Below are positions 47,599-56,106 of a stretch of DNA of 64,000 nt, in pieces. The stretch is from an uncultured Oscillospiraceae bacterium. Its GTDB lineage: Bacteria; Bacillota; Clostridia; Oscillospirales; Ruminococcaceae. The translations under genes and the position numbers were made by a program. Position 1 is the stretch's first letter. The number at the start of each line of letters is the position of its first letter. Where the stretch lies: positions 34,296-98,295 of the forward strand of contig UQSL01000002.1 of NCBI GenBank assembly GCA_900543705.1, given 5' to 3'. The notes beneath the pieces were generated by a model. That model was given only the letters and a program-made list of their open reading frames with translations. It did no database searches and had not been told where the DNA came from.

Positions 47599-47967
47599 AT
47601 GATTCTCATCATCGGCGGGGCAAGCCAGGGAAAGCTTCAGTTCGCCCTGCGCCACACCGGATGTTCTTTGGCGGATGTCGGTGAGGACGGTACTGTCGCG
47701 GACAAGCTGCATTTGCTCATCCGTGAATCGCTTGAGCAGGACGGGGATATTGGCGCCCTGCTTCTCCGGATGCTCACAAAGAGGGCGGTCATCTGCGACG
47801 AAATCGGGTGCGGCGTCGTGCCGGTGGATGCCTTTGAGCGCCGGTGGCGAGACGAGGTCGGCCGGGCCTGCCAGTTTTTGGCGGGACAGGCGGAACAGGT
47901 TATCCGCGTAACCTGTGGGATTCCCCTGTATCTCAAGGGAAATAACGATAGCGGCCGGGTATTTTGA
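47599..47967 (+). CDS. short CobU-like paralogue (degenerate P-loop, central region missing)
   Basis: 122 aa. ILIIGGASQGKL in place of GxxxxGKS. C-terminus ICDEIGCGVVP...RVTCGIPLYLKG parallels the CobU C-terminus. GGGAGGG RBS. Confidence 0.65.
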   Translation: MILIIGGASQGKLQFALRHTGCSLADVGEDGTVADKLHLLIRESLEQDGDIGALLLRMLTKRAVICDEIGCGVVPVDAFERRWRDEVGRACQFLAGQAEQVIRVTCGIPLYLKGNNDSGRVF

Positions 47968-48025
47968 GTCGGGCATCGAGCCGGGAATCAAACATTTTTA
48001 TCTGTGAAAGGGAGGAAACATTGGG

Positions 48026-48604
48026 ATGACAGAGCTGCTTATGCTACGCCACGCGCAGACGGATTCCAACCTCGCTCACCGGTATCTTGGGGTAACGGAT
48101 GAACCGCTGTGCGCACAGGGAATCGAGCAGGCAAAACATCTGATTTTGCCCCAGGTACAAAAAGTATTCCTCAGTCCGCTTTCCCGCTGTATTCAGACCG
48201 CCTCTCTTATCTTTCCACAAGCAGAGCAGATTCCTGTGGATGGACTTCGGGAATGTGATTTTGGGGAATTTGAAGGGAAAAACTACCTCGAGCTTAGCTC
48301 GGACTCCCGGTACCAGACTTGGATAAACAGCGGAGGAGAATTGCCCTTTCCGGGAGGGGAATCCCGATCGGAGTTTTGCGCGCGCACCTGTCTTGCATTT
48401 GAGGAAATCCTGCCTCACTTGATGCGGGAAGAGCAGACGGCCCTTATTGCCCACGGAGGAACGCTGATGGCCCTGCTTGAACGGTATGGAAAGCCCAGCC
48501 GCGGATATTTTGACTGGCAGGTAAAAAACTGCTCCGGATTTCTTGTGCATTTACAAGCGGGAAAACGGATGATATTGCATGTTTTGGAGGAGCTTTCATG
48601 CTGA
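48026..48604 (+). CDS. cobC: alpha-ribazole phosphatase (histidine phosphatase family)
   Basis: LMLRHAQTDSN (RHG-type motif) and a second His in IAHGG. Operon context. Confidence 0.8.
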   Translation: MTELLMLRHAQTDSNLAHRYLGVTDEPLCAQGIEQAKHLILPQVQKVFLSPLSRCIQTASLIFPQAEQIPVDGLRECDFGEFEGKNYLELSSDSRYQTWINSGGELPFPGGESRSEFCARTCLAFEEILPHLMREEQTALIAHGGTLMALLERYGKPSRGYFDWQVKNCSGFLVHLQAGKRMILHVLEELSC

Positions 48605-49575
48605 CGACGGCTTCCATATTCACTGGCTTTGTGCTGGATTTGCTTATTGGCGACCCGTATTTTCTTCCACATCCTGTGCGGTGGATGGGAAGCGCCATCA
48701 CCTGTCTGGAAAAAGTGCTGCGGCGTATTTTCCCTGTGTCCAAAGGCGGGGAGCGCGCGGCAGGTGCGGTTCTGGCGGTGATGCTGCCGGCAGCCTCTTT
48801 CGGAATTGCCGCTTTGCTGCTCTGGCTGTGTTCCTTTGCGGGCTGGTGGCTTACCTATGCAGTACAGAGCGTGATGTGTTATCAGGTGCTGGCGACGAAA
48901 TCATTAAAAGTTGAGAGCATGAAGGTGTACCGGGCACTGAAAGTTGGGGATATCCCTAGTGCACGACAAGCGGTGAGCATGATTGTCGGACGGGATACAC
49001 AGAATCTCGACGGAGCAGGTATTGCCAGGGCCGCAGTGGAGACGGTTGCGGAGAACACAAGCGACGGGGTCGTCGCACCGCTGTTTTTCCTGATGCTTGG
49101 CGGCGCGCCGCTTGGACTTGCCTACAAGGCGGTCAATACAATGGACAGTATGGTGGGTTATAAAAACGAACGGTACCAAAACTTCGGCTTTGTCCCGGCA
49201 AAGCTTGACGATATTGTCAATTTTATACCGGCTCGCCTGAGCGCGTTGTTGATGATACTCTCGGCGTTCGGGCTCCGTTTTGACGGAGTGCGAGCGTGGA
49301 GGATTTTTAAACGCGACCGGTACAGCCACGCAAGCCCGAATTCCGCGCAGACGGAGTCCGCCTGCGCGGGTGCACTCGGGCTACGGCTTGCCGGGGATGC
49401 AAGTTATTTTGGAAAAATCGTACACAAACCGACCATTGGTGATGCGATACGGAAGATTGACCCGGAGGATATCCGCCGGGCAAACCGGCTAATGTATATG
49501 ACGGCAATCTTAACCCTGCTTTTTTGCCTTGCCGTGAGAATCATCATCCAACTGACAGGACAAGGAGGAATTTGA
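48598..49575 (+). CDS. cbiB: adenosylcobinamide-phosphate synthase
   Basis: GDPYFLPHPVRWMG and DAAGIARAAVETVAENTSDGV, polytopic. Confidence 0.9.
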   Translation: MLTTASIFTGFVLDLLIGDPYFLPHPVRWMGSAITCLEKVLRRIFPVSKGGERAAGAVLAVMLPAASFGIAALLLWLCSFAGWWLTYAVQSVMCYQVLATKSLKVESMKVYRALKVGDIPSARQAVSMIVGRDTQNLDGAGIARAAVETVAENTSDGVVAPLFFLMLGGAPLGLAYKAVNTMDSMVGYKNERYQNFGFVPAKLDDIVNFIPARLSALLMILSAFGLRFDGVRAWRIFKRDRYSHASPNSAQTESACAGALGLRLAGDASYFGKIVHKPTIGDAIRKIDPEDIRRANRLMYMTAILTLLFCLAVRIIIQLTGQGGI

Positions 49576-49576
49576 G

Positions 49577-50632
49577 ATGCCAGAATATAACCATGGAGGA
49601 GACATCTACAGCTTTAAGAAAAAATACGGCAGCATGCCGATTGATTTTTCTTCTAATATTAACCCGGTTGGAATGCAAAAGGCAGTGCTTGCCGCTTTGT
49701 GTGAAGCCGCAATCCATGCCGACCGCTATCCGGATCCCAGATGTTTGGAACTTTCCCGAAAAATTGCAGAATTCGAGCAGGTATCACCTGACTGGGTTTT
49801 CAACGGAAATGGCGCGGCGGATTTGATTTACCGCATTGTCTATGCCAGGCGCCCAAAGCGCGCATTGCTGCTTTCACCCACTTTCAGCGAGTATGAAGCT
49901 GCACTGCGTGCCGTCAAATGCAGAGTCCAATTTTTTAAGCTGAGGGAATCGGAACAGTTTGTTTTGACAAGGAAAATACTAAAGGAACTGGAACTTGGCT
50001 ATGATATGCTGTTTCTCTGTAATCCAAATAATCCGACCGGACAGGTAATTGGGCCTGATTTGATGAAGGAGATAGTGGATACCTGCCGGGAAACCGGAGT
50101 TACTCTTGTAGTGGACGAATGCTTTTTGGATTTTTCCGATCGTCATCAGGAGCTCACCGTCAAGGGGCTGCTTGCTCAAAATCCAAACCTGGTTGTAATA
50201 AAGGCCTTCACGAAAATCTTTGCGTTGGCAGGTGCAAGGCTTGGATATTTGCTATGTGCAAACGACACCTTTCGTGAGCAGGTTGCAAAAGCAGGGCAGC
50301 CGTGGTCAGTCTCCAATCTTTCACAGGCGGCAGGTATTGCGGCACTCGAAAATGCTCAGGAGTACCTTGAAACGAGCAGAAAATACATCCGGCGGGAGCG
50401 GGAATTCCTGCGCTACGGCCTGACCTGCTGCGGGTACCGGGTGTTTGAATCCCAAGCAAACTACCTGCTTTTCCTCGCGCAGGATACTGGGCTTGTCGGG
50501 AAGATGAAGCAGGAAGGAATTTTAATCCGCGGGTGTGAAAACTACCGTGGGCTTGGGGAGGGGTACTACCGGATTGCGGTACGCCGCCATGAGGATAACA
50601 TCAAACTGCTCAGTGCGCTTGAACGTCTGTAA
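49577..50632 (+). CDS. cobD: L-threonine-O-3-phosphate decarboxylase (PLP-dependent)
   Basis: NHGGDIY start and aminotransferase class I/II fold with FTKIFALAG (PLP Lys). Context. Confidence 0.8.
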   Translation: MPEYNHGGDIYSFKKKYGSMPIDFSSNINPVGMQKAVLAALCEAAIHADRYPDPRCLELSRKIAEFEQVSPDWVFNGNGAADLIYRIVYARRPKRALLLSPTFSEYEAALRAVKCRVQFFKLRESEQFVLTRKILKELELGYDMLFLCNPNNPTGQVIGPDLMKEIVDTCRETGVTLVVDECFLDFSDRHQELTVKGLLAQNPNLVVIKAFTKIFALAGARLGYLLCANDTFREQVAKAGQPWSVSNLSQAAGIAALENAQEYLETSRKYIRREREFLRYGLTCCGYRVFESQANYLLFLAQDTGLVGKMKQEGILIRGCENYRGLGEGYYRIAVRRHEDNIKLLSALERL

Positions 50633-50647
50633 CAGGAGGGGAAAACC

Positions 50648-52153
50648 TTGTCTAAGTCGATTATGATACAGGGGACAATGTCCAATGCCGGCAAGAGTGT
50701 CATAGCGGCGGGACTATGCCGTATCTTTTATCAGGACGGATACCGGGCCGCTCCTTTTAAAAGCCAGAATATGGCGCTTAACTCCTACATTACAAAGGAG
50801 GGGCTGGAAATGGGCCGTGCCCAGGTGATGCAGGCCCAGGCGGCGGGAATCGAACCCTCGGTGTACATGAACCCGATTTTGCTTAAGCCTTCCAGCGATG
50901 TCGGCAGCCAGGTCATTGTAAACGGGCAGGTCGTCGGCAACATGCGCGCCGCCGACTATTTTCAATACAAAAAGAAGCTGGTTCCGGATATCCTGCATGC
51001 TTTTGGAAAACTGAGCGAGGAAAACGACATTCTGGTGATTGAGGGAGCGGGCTCCCCGGCGGAAATCAACCTCAAGGCGGACGATATTGTGAACATGGGG
51101 CTGGCAAAGCTGGTTCGCTCGCCGGTCCTGTTGGTAGGGGATATCGACCGCGGCGGCGTATTCGCCAGCCTGTACGGGACGGTCAAGCTGCTGGAAGCTC
51201 AGGAACAGGATCTCATCAAGGGGCTGATTATCAACAAATTCCGCGGGGATGTGGAAATTCTCCGTCCCGGCCTTTCCATGATTGAGGAACTCTGCGGCAA
51301 GCGGGTGCTCGGTGTAGTTCCCTACGCTGCGCTCGATTTGGAGGACGAGGACAGCCTGTCCTCCCGCCTGAACGCGAAAAGGACGGATGCACTTGTGGAT
51401 GTGGCAGTGATACGGCTGCCGCGCATCTCCAATTTTACCGATTTCAATCCGCTGGAAACCCTCGAAGGCATCGGTGTACGGTATGTCGCAGATAGATCCG
51501 AGTTTGGACAGCCGGATTTTGTCATTCTCCCAGGCACCAAAAGTACGATGGGGGACTTAAAATGGTTGCGCGAAAGCGGGCTGGAAACGCTGATTCTCAA
51601 ACACGTGGCGGCAGGCAAAGGTGTACTCGGCATCTGCGGCGGATTCCAGATGATGGGGCAAAGCCTCAAAGACCCGACCGGCGTAGAAGGCGGCGGGGAA
51701 ATGCGCGGCCTTGGCCTGTTCGATACGGATACGGTTTTTACTCCCGAGAAAATCCGTACTCAGGCATCGGGACAAATCGGGCAACTGCCCGGGTTGCTTG
51801 CCGGACTCTCCGGTTTGCCGGTGGAAGGGTATGAAATCCATATGGGCGAGACAAAACCAGAGGTCAAAAGTGTTTCATTTTCCACTGTGAGCGTGCCGGG
51901 CTGTGGACAAAAAACGGACGGCTGCTGCGCGGGAAATCTCTACGGTACCTATCTGCATGGGCTGTTTGAATCCGGGGAAATTGCCGCATCGTTTGCACGC
52001 GCATTGCTTGAAAGCAAAGGCTATAACCCGGGGGAGGTTCAGGCAATGGATCTCTCCCAGCTTCGTGAACGCGAATACGATAAGCTTGCGAATCTCCTAC
52101 GCGAAAGCCTTGATATGAGGGAAATCTACCGGATTTTGGAGGCGGGGGCATGA
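50648..52153 (+). CDS. cobQ: cobyric acid synthase
   Basis: [20 protein letters not shown], and C-terminal GATase [13 protein letters not shown] start with GGAGGGG RBS. Confidence 0.9.
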   Translation: MSKSIMIQGTMSNAGKSVIAAGLCRIFYQDGYRAAPFKSQNMALNSYITKEGLEMGRAQVMQAQAAGIEPSVYMNPILLKPSSDVGSQVIVNGQVVGNMRAADYFQYKKKLVPDILHAFGKLSEENDILVIEGAGSPAEINLKADDIVNMGLAKLVRSPVLLVGDIDRGGVFASLYGTVKLLEAQEQDLIKGLIINKFRGDVEILRPGLSMIEELCGKRVLGVVPYAALDLEDEDSLSSRLNAKRTDALVDVAVIRLPRISNFTDFNPLETLEGIGVRYVADRSEFGQPDFVILPGTKSTMGDLKWLRESGLETLILKHVAAGKGVLGICGGFQMMGQSLKDPTGVEGGGEMRGLGLFDTDTVFTPEKIRTQASGQIGQLPGLLAGLSGLPVEGYEIHMGETKPEVKSVSFSTVSVPGCGQKTDGCCAGNLYGTYLHGLFESGEIAASFARALLESKGYNPGEVQAMDLSQLREREYDKLANLLRESLDMREIYRILEAGA

Positions 52154-52680
52154 GGACACAGGGGCTTATCCACATCTACTACGGAACCGGCAAGGGAAAG
52201 ACGACCGCCGCGATGGGACTTTCCCTGCGTTCCCTGGGACAGGGGCAGCAGGTAGTCGTTGTCCAATTTTTGAAAACCCATGCGACCGGGGAGATAAAAC
52301 TGCTCGAGCAGCTCGGGCATATACGATTGTTTCGCGGCAAGGCGGGAACCCATTTTACCTCTGCCATGACTGGGAAGGAACGGGAGGCGACCCGGGCAAT
52401 CCATGAACAGAATTTTGAGCAGGCGGCGCAGTTGGTGCAAAGCGGGCAGTGCGATTTGCTGGTGCTGGATGAAATCCTCGACGCCATGGCAAAGGGACTG
52501 TTTGAGGAAGACTGCTTGCTTTCTTTTTTGGAGCATCGTCCTGAAAACCTGGAGGTCGTACTGACCGGGCGCGCGCCTTCTGAGAAACTGAGGGCATGTG
52601 CGGATTACATTACCAAAATGGTAAGCGAGCGGCATCCCTTTGACAGGGGAATCCCGGCAAGGGAGGGAATTGAATATTGA
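52150..52680 (+). CDS. cobO: cob(I)yrinic acid a,c-diamide adenosyltransferase
   Basis: [29 protein letters not shown]. Confidence 0.9.
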   Translation: MRTQGLIHIYYGTGKGKTTAAMGLSLRSLGQGQQVVVVQFLKTHATGEIKLLEQLGHIRLFRGKAGTHFTSAMTGKEREATRAIHEQNFEQAAQLVQSGQCDLLVLDEILDAMAKGLFEEDCLLSFLEHRPENLEVVLTGRAPSEKLRACADYITKMVSERHPFDRGIPAREGIEY

Positions 52681-53321
52681 GCAGGATACGTTATGAACAG
52701 GTTTTGCCGGAGGAGATTGAAAAGCGCAGCTTTGAAATTATCACGCAGGAGCTTCAAGGAAGAAAACTCGATGAGGAAAACGAAGCCGTAGTCAAACGGG
52801 TTATTCACACTACGGCGGATTTCGAGTATGTGGATACCCTCGCGTTTTCTCCCCATGCGGTAAGCCTCGCGGTGGAAACTCTGCGGAAGGGCGCGGTGAT
52901 TGTGACGGATACAAAGATGGCATTTTCCGGTGTCAGCAAGCCTGCGCTAAATAAGCTGTGCGGGCAGATTCACTGTTTTATCTCGGATGAGGATGTTACC
53001 AAAGCGGCAAAGGAACAGGGGACGACCCGCGCCGCCATGAGCATGGACAAGGCGTGCTCGCTTTCCGGCAACCTGATTTTTGCCATCGGCAATGCCCCGA
53101 CGGCACTGATAAGGCTGTATGAGCTTATCAAGGAAAACAGGATAAAACCGCAGCTGGTGATCGGTGTGCCGGTTGGCTTTGTCAATGTGGTCGAGGCAAA
53201 GGAGCTGATTATGCAGGCGGGGGGTCCCTATATTGTCGCGCCGGGGAGGAAGGGGGGGAGGAATGTCGCAGCCGCCCTTATCAATGCTCTGCTGTATCAG
53301 GCGACGGGGCGAACTCTTTGA
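52677..53321 (+). CDS. cbiC: cobalt-precorrin-8 methylmutase
   Basis: VIHTTADFEY and AIGNAPTAL motifs. TTG start after AAGGGAGGGA. Confidence 0.85.
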   Translation: MSRIRYEQVLPEEIEKRSFEIITQELQGRKLDEENEAVVKRVIHTTADFEYVDTLAFSPHAVSLAVETLRKGAVIVTDTKMAFSGVSKPALNKLCGQIHCFISDEDVTKAAKEQGTTRAAMSMDKACSLSGNLIFAIGNAPTALIRLYELIKENRIKPQLVIGVPVGFVNVVEAKELIMQAGGPYIVAPGRKGGRNVAAALINALLYQATGRTL

Positions 53322-53336
53322 AGAATGTAAAAAAAG

Positions 53337-53362
53337 ACGGACACAGTCGTGTCCGTTTTTTT
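53337..53362. terminator. bidirectional terminator ending the cob operon
   Basis: ACGGACAC-agtc-GTGTCCGT flanked by A7 and T7. Confidence 0.7.
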
Positions 53363-53459
53363 GTGTCCAGAGTGGTTCCTATACCCATTTGGCGTAGATT
53401 AAAAAGATAATTCCTGCCAAAAACAATCACGTAATAATAAGATAAGACACGGGGGCCAA

Positions 53460-54368
53460 TTAACAGGATTTCCCGTTTTGAGGCGGTGGGGCATACTCAA
53501 AGCTCCCACAGGGGCGGGGAGGGTCGAACACTGTCTCTCCCTGTTTGAAAAAACCATAACGGACGGTACAGACGGCACTTTCCCGGATGGTGCGGGACAT
53601 CTCACCGAGATCCGGTGCAAGCAGGCTGTGCCCATTTTCCTGCACGAGAGTAACCTCCAGCCGGTATTTCCCCTGTTCGAGCACTACCCGCCGGGGAGAA
53701 TACTCGACAAGCCTTACCCCGTGATAAGTCGCAAGCCGGTACTGCCTGCCACGGTAAAGAATCTGGCACAGGCATCCGGTGAAGCTAGTATGGAGAAGGG
53801 GAATGTCCGCGGCGGAGAGCATCACGCAGCAGTCGCCGCCCTCCTGCCAATTACACTGCGTCCAGAGATAGGACCTCGGAAATGCGTTTCCCCAGTCCTT
53901 TTCGATATATCCGGTCGCATTCCGAAAGTCAAAAGGATATCCGTTGACATGAAGTTTTCCCTCCAGCCGGTGTGATAAGCTGAGCACGCCGTGATTGCAC
54001 TGCAGGTTTGGGAGAAACCGGAACGGTCCCATCATGTTCGAGGGAGGAGGTGTTAGAGGAAAGTAACGCAGGGCGCCCTTAATATGGAACCGGTCGGTCT
54101 TGAGATTCAAGCGGATTCCCTCTTCGCAGAAGAGATTGTCCCCGAGCCGCACGGCAAACCGGTCAGTGCGGGCGGAAAAGTCGCAGATGGGGAATTCTTT
54201 GAAATCTGAGCCATACTCGGTGATGACTTGGAGGGAGGCGCTTTTGTTTCCTTTTGCATCGATGTGCATGGCGGGAATCAGTGCTAGGGTATGCAGTCCA
54301 TTATCGTGTTTGAGGTACCACCCTTCAAAATAAGAGCGTCTCCGATGAGTTCCGTGAAACTGTGTCAT
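53460..54368 (-). CDS. tocopherol-cyclase-like family protein
   Basis: 302 aa. N-terminal HGTHRRRSYFEGWYLKH resembles the FEGWY(F/L)K signature of the tocopherol cyclase (PF14249-type) fold. 4-nt overlap with the upstream gene. Confidence 0.5.
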   Translation of the reverse strand: MTQFHGTHRRRSYFEGWYLKHDNGLHTLALIPAMHIDAKGNKSASLQVITEYGSDFKEFPICDFSARTDRFAVRLGDNLFCEEGIRLNLKTDRFHIKGALRYFPLTPPPSNMMGPFRFLPNLQCNHGVLSLSHRLEGKLHVNGYPFDFRNATGYIEKDWGNAFPRSYLWTQCNWQEGGDCCVMLSAADIPLLHTSFTGCLCQILYRGRQYRLATYHGVRLVEYSPRRVVLEQGKYRLEVTLVQENGHSLLAPDLGEMSRTIRESAVCTVRYGFFKQGETVFDPPRPCGSFEYAPPPQNGKSC

Positions 54369-55810
54369 GGCCGGATTCCTTTCTGCGCCGGGCCGTCGAT
54401 TTGGTTGCCGTGGAAATCAAAGCGCGAGCCATGGCAGGGACAATCAAAGGTTTGCTCGTCCGGGTTGAATTCCAGCTGGCAGCCGAGATGGGGACAGCGC
54501 GCGCTGACCACATGCACAGTCCCGTCTTCCTCCTTGTAAACTCCCGCTTTGTGCCCGTTGAAAGAAACGATGCCGCCGTGCCCCGGCTCCAGCGTGTCGA
54601 GCATTTCTTTTGGCGGGGAAAAGATTTCGCGGGAAAGCCCCTTTACCGCCTGATAACCATCCTTCAACATATTCTTCGCGGAGGCGGAGAGGGAGAAGCG
54701 TCCGGGAGAAAATAGTTTTTCGTATGGATTGTCTAATCCCATTACCAAATCCCTGAGAAGTCTTGCCGCCGCCATGGAGGAGGTCATCCCCCATTTTCCA
54801 AACCCGGTCGCGACATACCAATTTGGATGGGAAGAGGAGAAACGCCCGATATAGGGGATACCGTCAAGTGTCATGCAGTCCTGTGCAGACCAGTGGGAAA
54901 TCTCCACACAATCCCTCCAAAGCTTTTTTGCTGTAGTACGCAGCCTGTCATAGCAACCGCCCGTGGAGTTTTCCCCGGTTCGGTGATTTTGACCGCCGAG
55001 CAGGAGATAGTTCCCGCTTTGCCTCAGGGAATGCCCACCCGGATCAATCCCATAATACATCCCGTCAAGGCTCTGTGCATGTTTGAGTGCCAGGACATAG
55101 CTGCGCTCCTGATGCATGCGAAGGAAGAAATATCCCGGCACATTGACAAACGGATAGTGGCAGGCAAATACAATATGCTCCGCCTGTACACTGCCCTGTT
55201 CGGTGGAGACTAAAGTATTCTCCACCGAACAGACCGGGGAGCGCTCATAGATCGACAGCTCGGAAGTGAGGGCGCTTACAAAACGCAGGGGATGAAACTG
55301 TGCCTGTCCATCAAAACGCAGGGCACGTGTGACGGGAAAGGGCAGGGCAGTTTCCCGCACAAGCCCGGAAGAAATTCCAAGGGCAAGCGCGGCCTGATGT
55401 TCGCGCTCCAATTCCTCACCGCTTAAGGTAGTATAAAGCAGGGCGGGCAGCTCACAGAAATCGCAGGAGATCCCTCTGTGTTCAATGAGCGAACGGTAGT
55501 CATAGACAGCCTGCTGATTTGCCTGCGCATACAGCCCGGCGGTCGTTTCTCCAAACTCCCGGCACAGCCGGTGGTAGATGGCTCCGTGCTGGCAGGTGAT
55601 TTTTGCCGTGGTGTGCCCTGTCTGCCCGGAGCAGATAGAATCCGCTTCGAGGATGACGACCCGCTTTCCCTCCTTCTGGAGCAGATAGGCGGTGAGAATC
55701 CCGGCCATTCCCGCCCCGATAACAGCAACATCTGCTTTGATGTCCTCTTGCAGAGCAGGCCTTGTCCCAATCGGACAAGACTGGTTCCAAATTGATTGCA
55801 TTGTTTTCAC
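54365..55810 (-). CDS. FAD-dependent oxidoreductase fused to a C-terminal Rieske [2Fe-2S] domain (YhfW-like)
   Basis: VAVIGAGMAGILTA dinucleotide fold. Rieske motif CPHLGCQ...CPCHGSRF at the C-terminus. Confidence 0.8.
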   Translation of the reverse strand: MKTMQSIWNQSCPIGTRPALQEDIKADVAVIGAGMAGILTAYLLQKEGKRVVILEADSICSGQTGHTTAKITCQHGAIYHRLCREFGETTAGLYAQANQQAVYDYRSLIEHRGISCDFCELPALLYTTLSGEELEREHQAALALGISSGLVRETALPFPVTRALRFDGQAQFHPLRFVSALTSELSIYERSPVCSVENTLVSTEQGSVQAEHIVFACHYPFVNVPGYFFLRMHQERSYVLALKHAQSLDGMYYGIDPGGHSLRQSGNYLLLGGQNHRTGENSTGGCYDRLRTTAKKLWRDCVEISHWSAQDCMTLDGIPYIGRFSSSHPNWYVATGFGKWGMTSSMAAARLLRDLVMGLDNPYEKLFSPGRFSLSASAKNMLKDGYQAVKGLSREIFSPPKEMLDTLEPGHGGIVSFNGHKAGVYKEEDGTVHVVSARCPHLGCQLEFNPDEQTFDCPCHGSRFDFHGNQIDGPAQKGIRP

Positions 55811-56015
55811 CTCACCGGTAGCTTTGTCGGTTTTACCTACAAGTAAACGGCGGGGTAAAGGAAAAACGGATGGATGGCTTGACTATACCAAGCGCCTTGG
55901 CCCCAATTGTAAAGAATCTACAGGAAAAGAAAGGGAAAAGATTTACAAAGCTGAAACAATTCGGCCGTGATTTGTTAAATCTAGTTTCCCACAGGTTAAG
56001 GTTTGGTTAGATGAA

Positions 56016-56044
56016 TTGAAAGGGAAACTTTCCCCGTTTATAAT
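56016..56044 (+). promoter_or_regulatory. promoter of the surface phosphoesterase gene
   Basis: TTGAAA, 17 nt, TATAAT. Confidence 0.55.
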
Positions 56045-56106
56045 GCTAAAGGACTTAAGAGAAAAGTCTGATATCAGGAATTTTGAAAAGAGAAAGGGGA
56101 ATTTCT

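Noticed and set aside
36618-53321. Numerous 60-230-aa ORFs on the minus strand and in alternative frames across the cob operon
   Set aside because: They all overlap confidently assigned cob genes. They are typical of high-GC coding sequence, and none has an RBS or a family signature.
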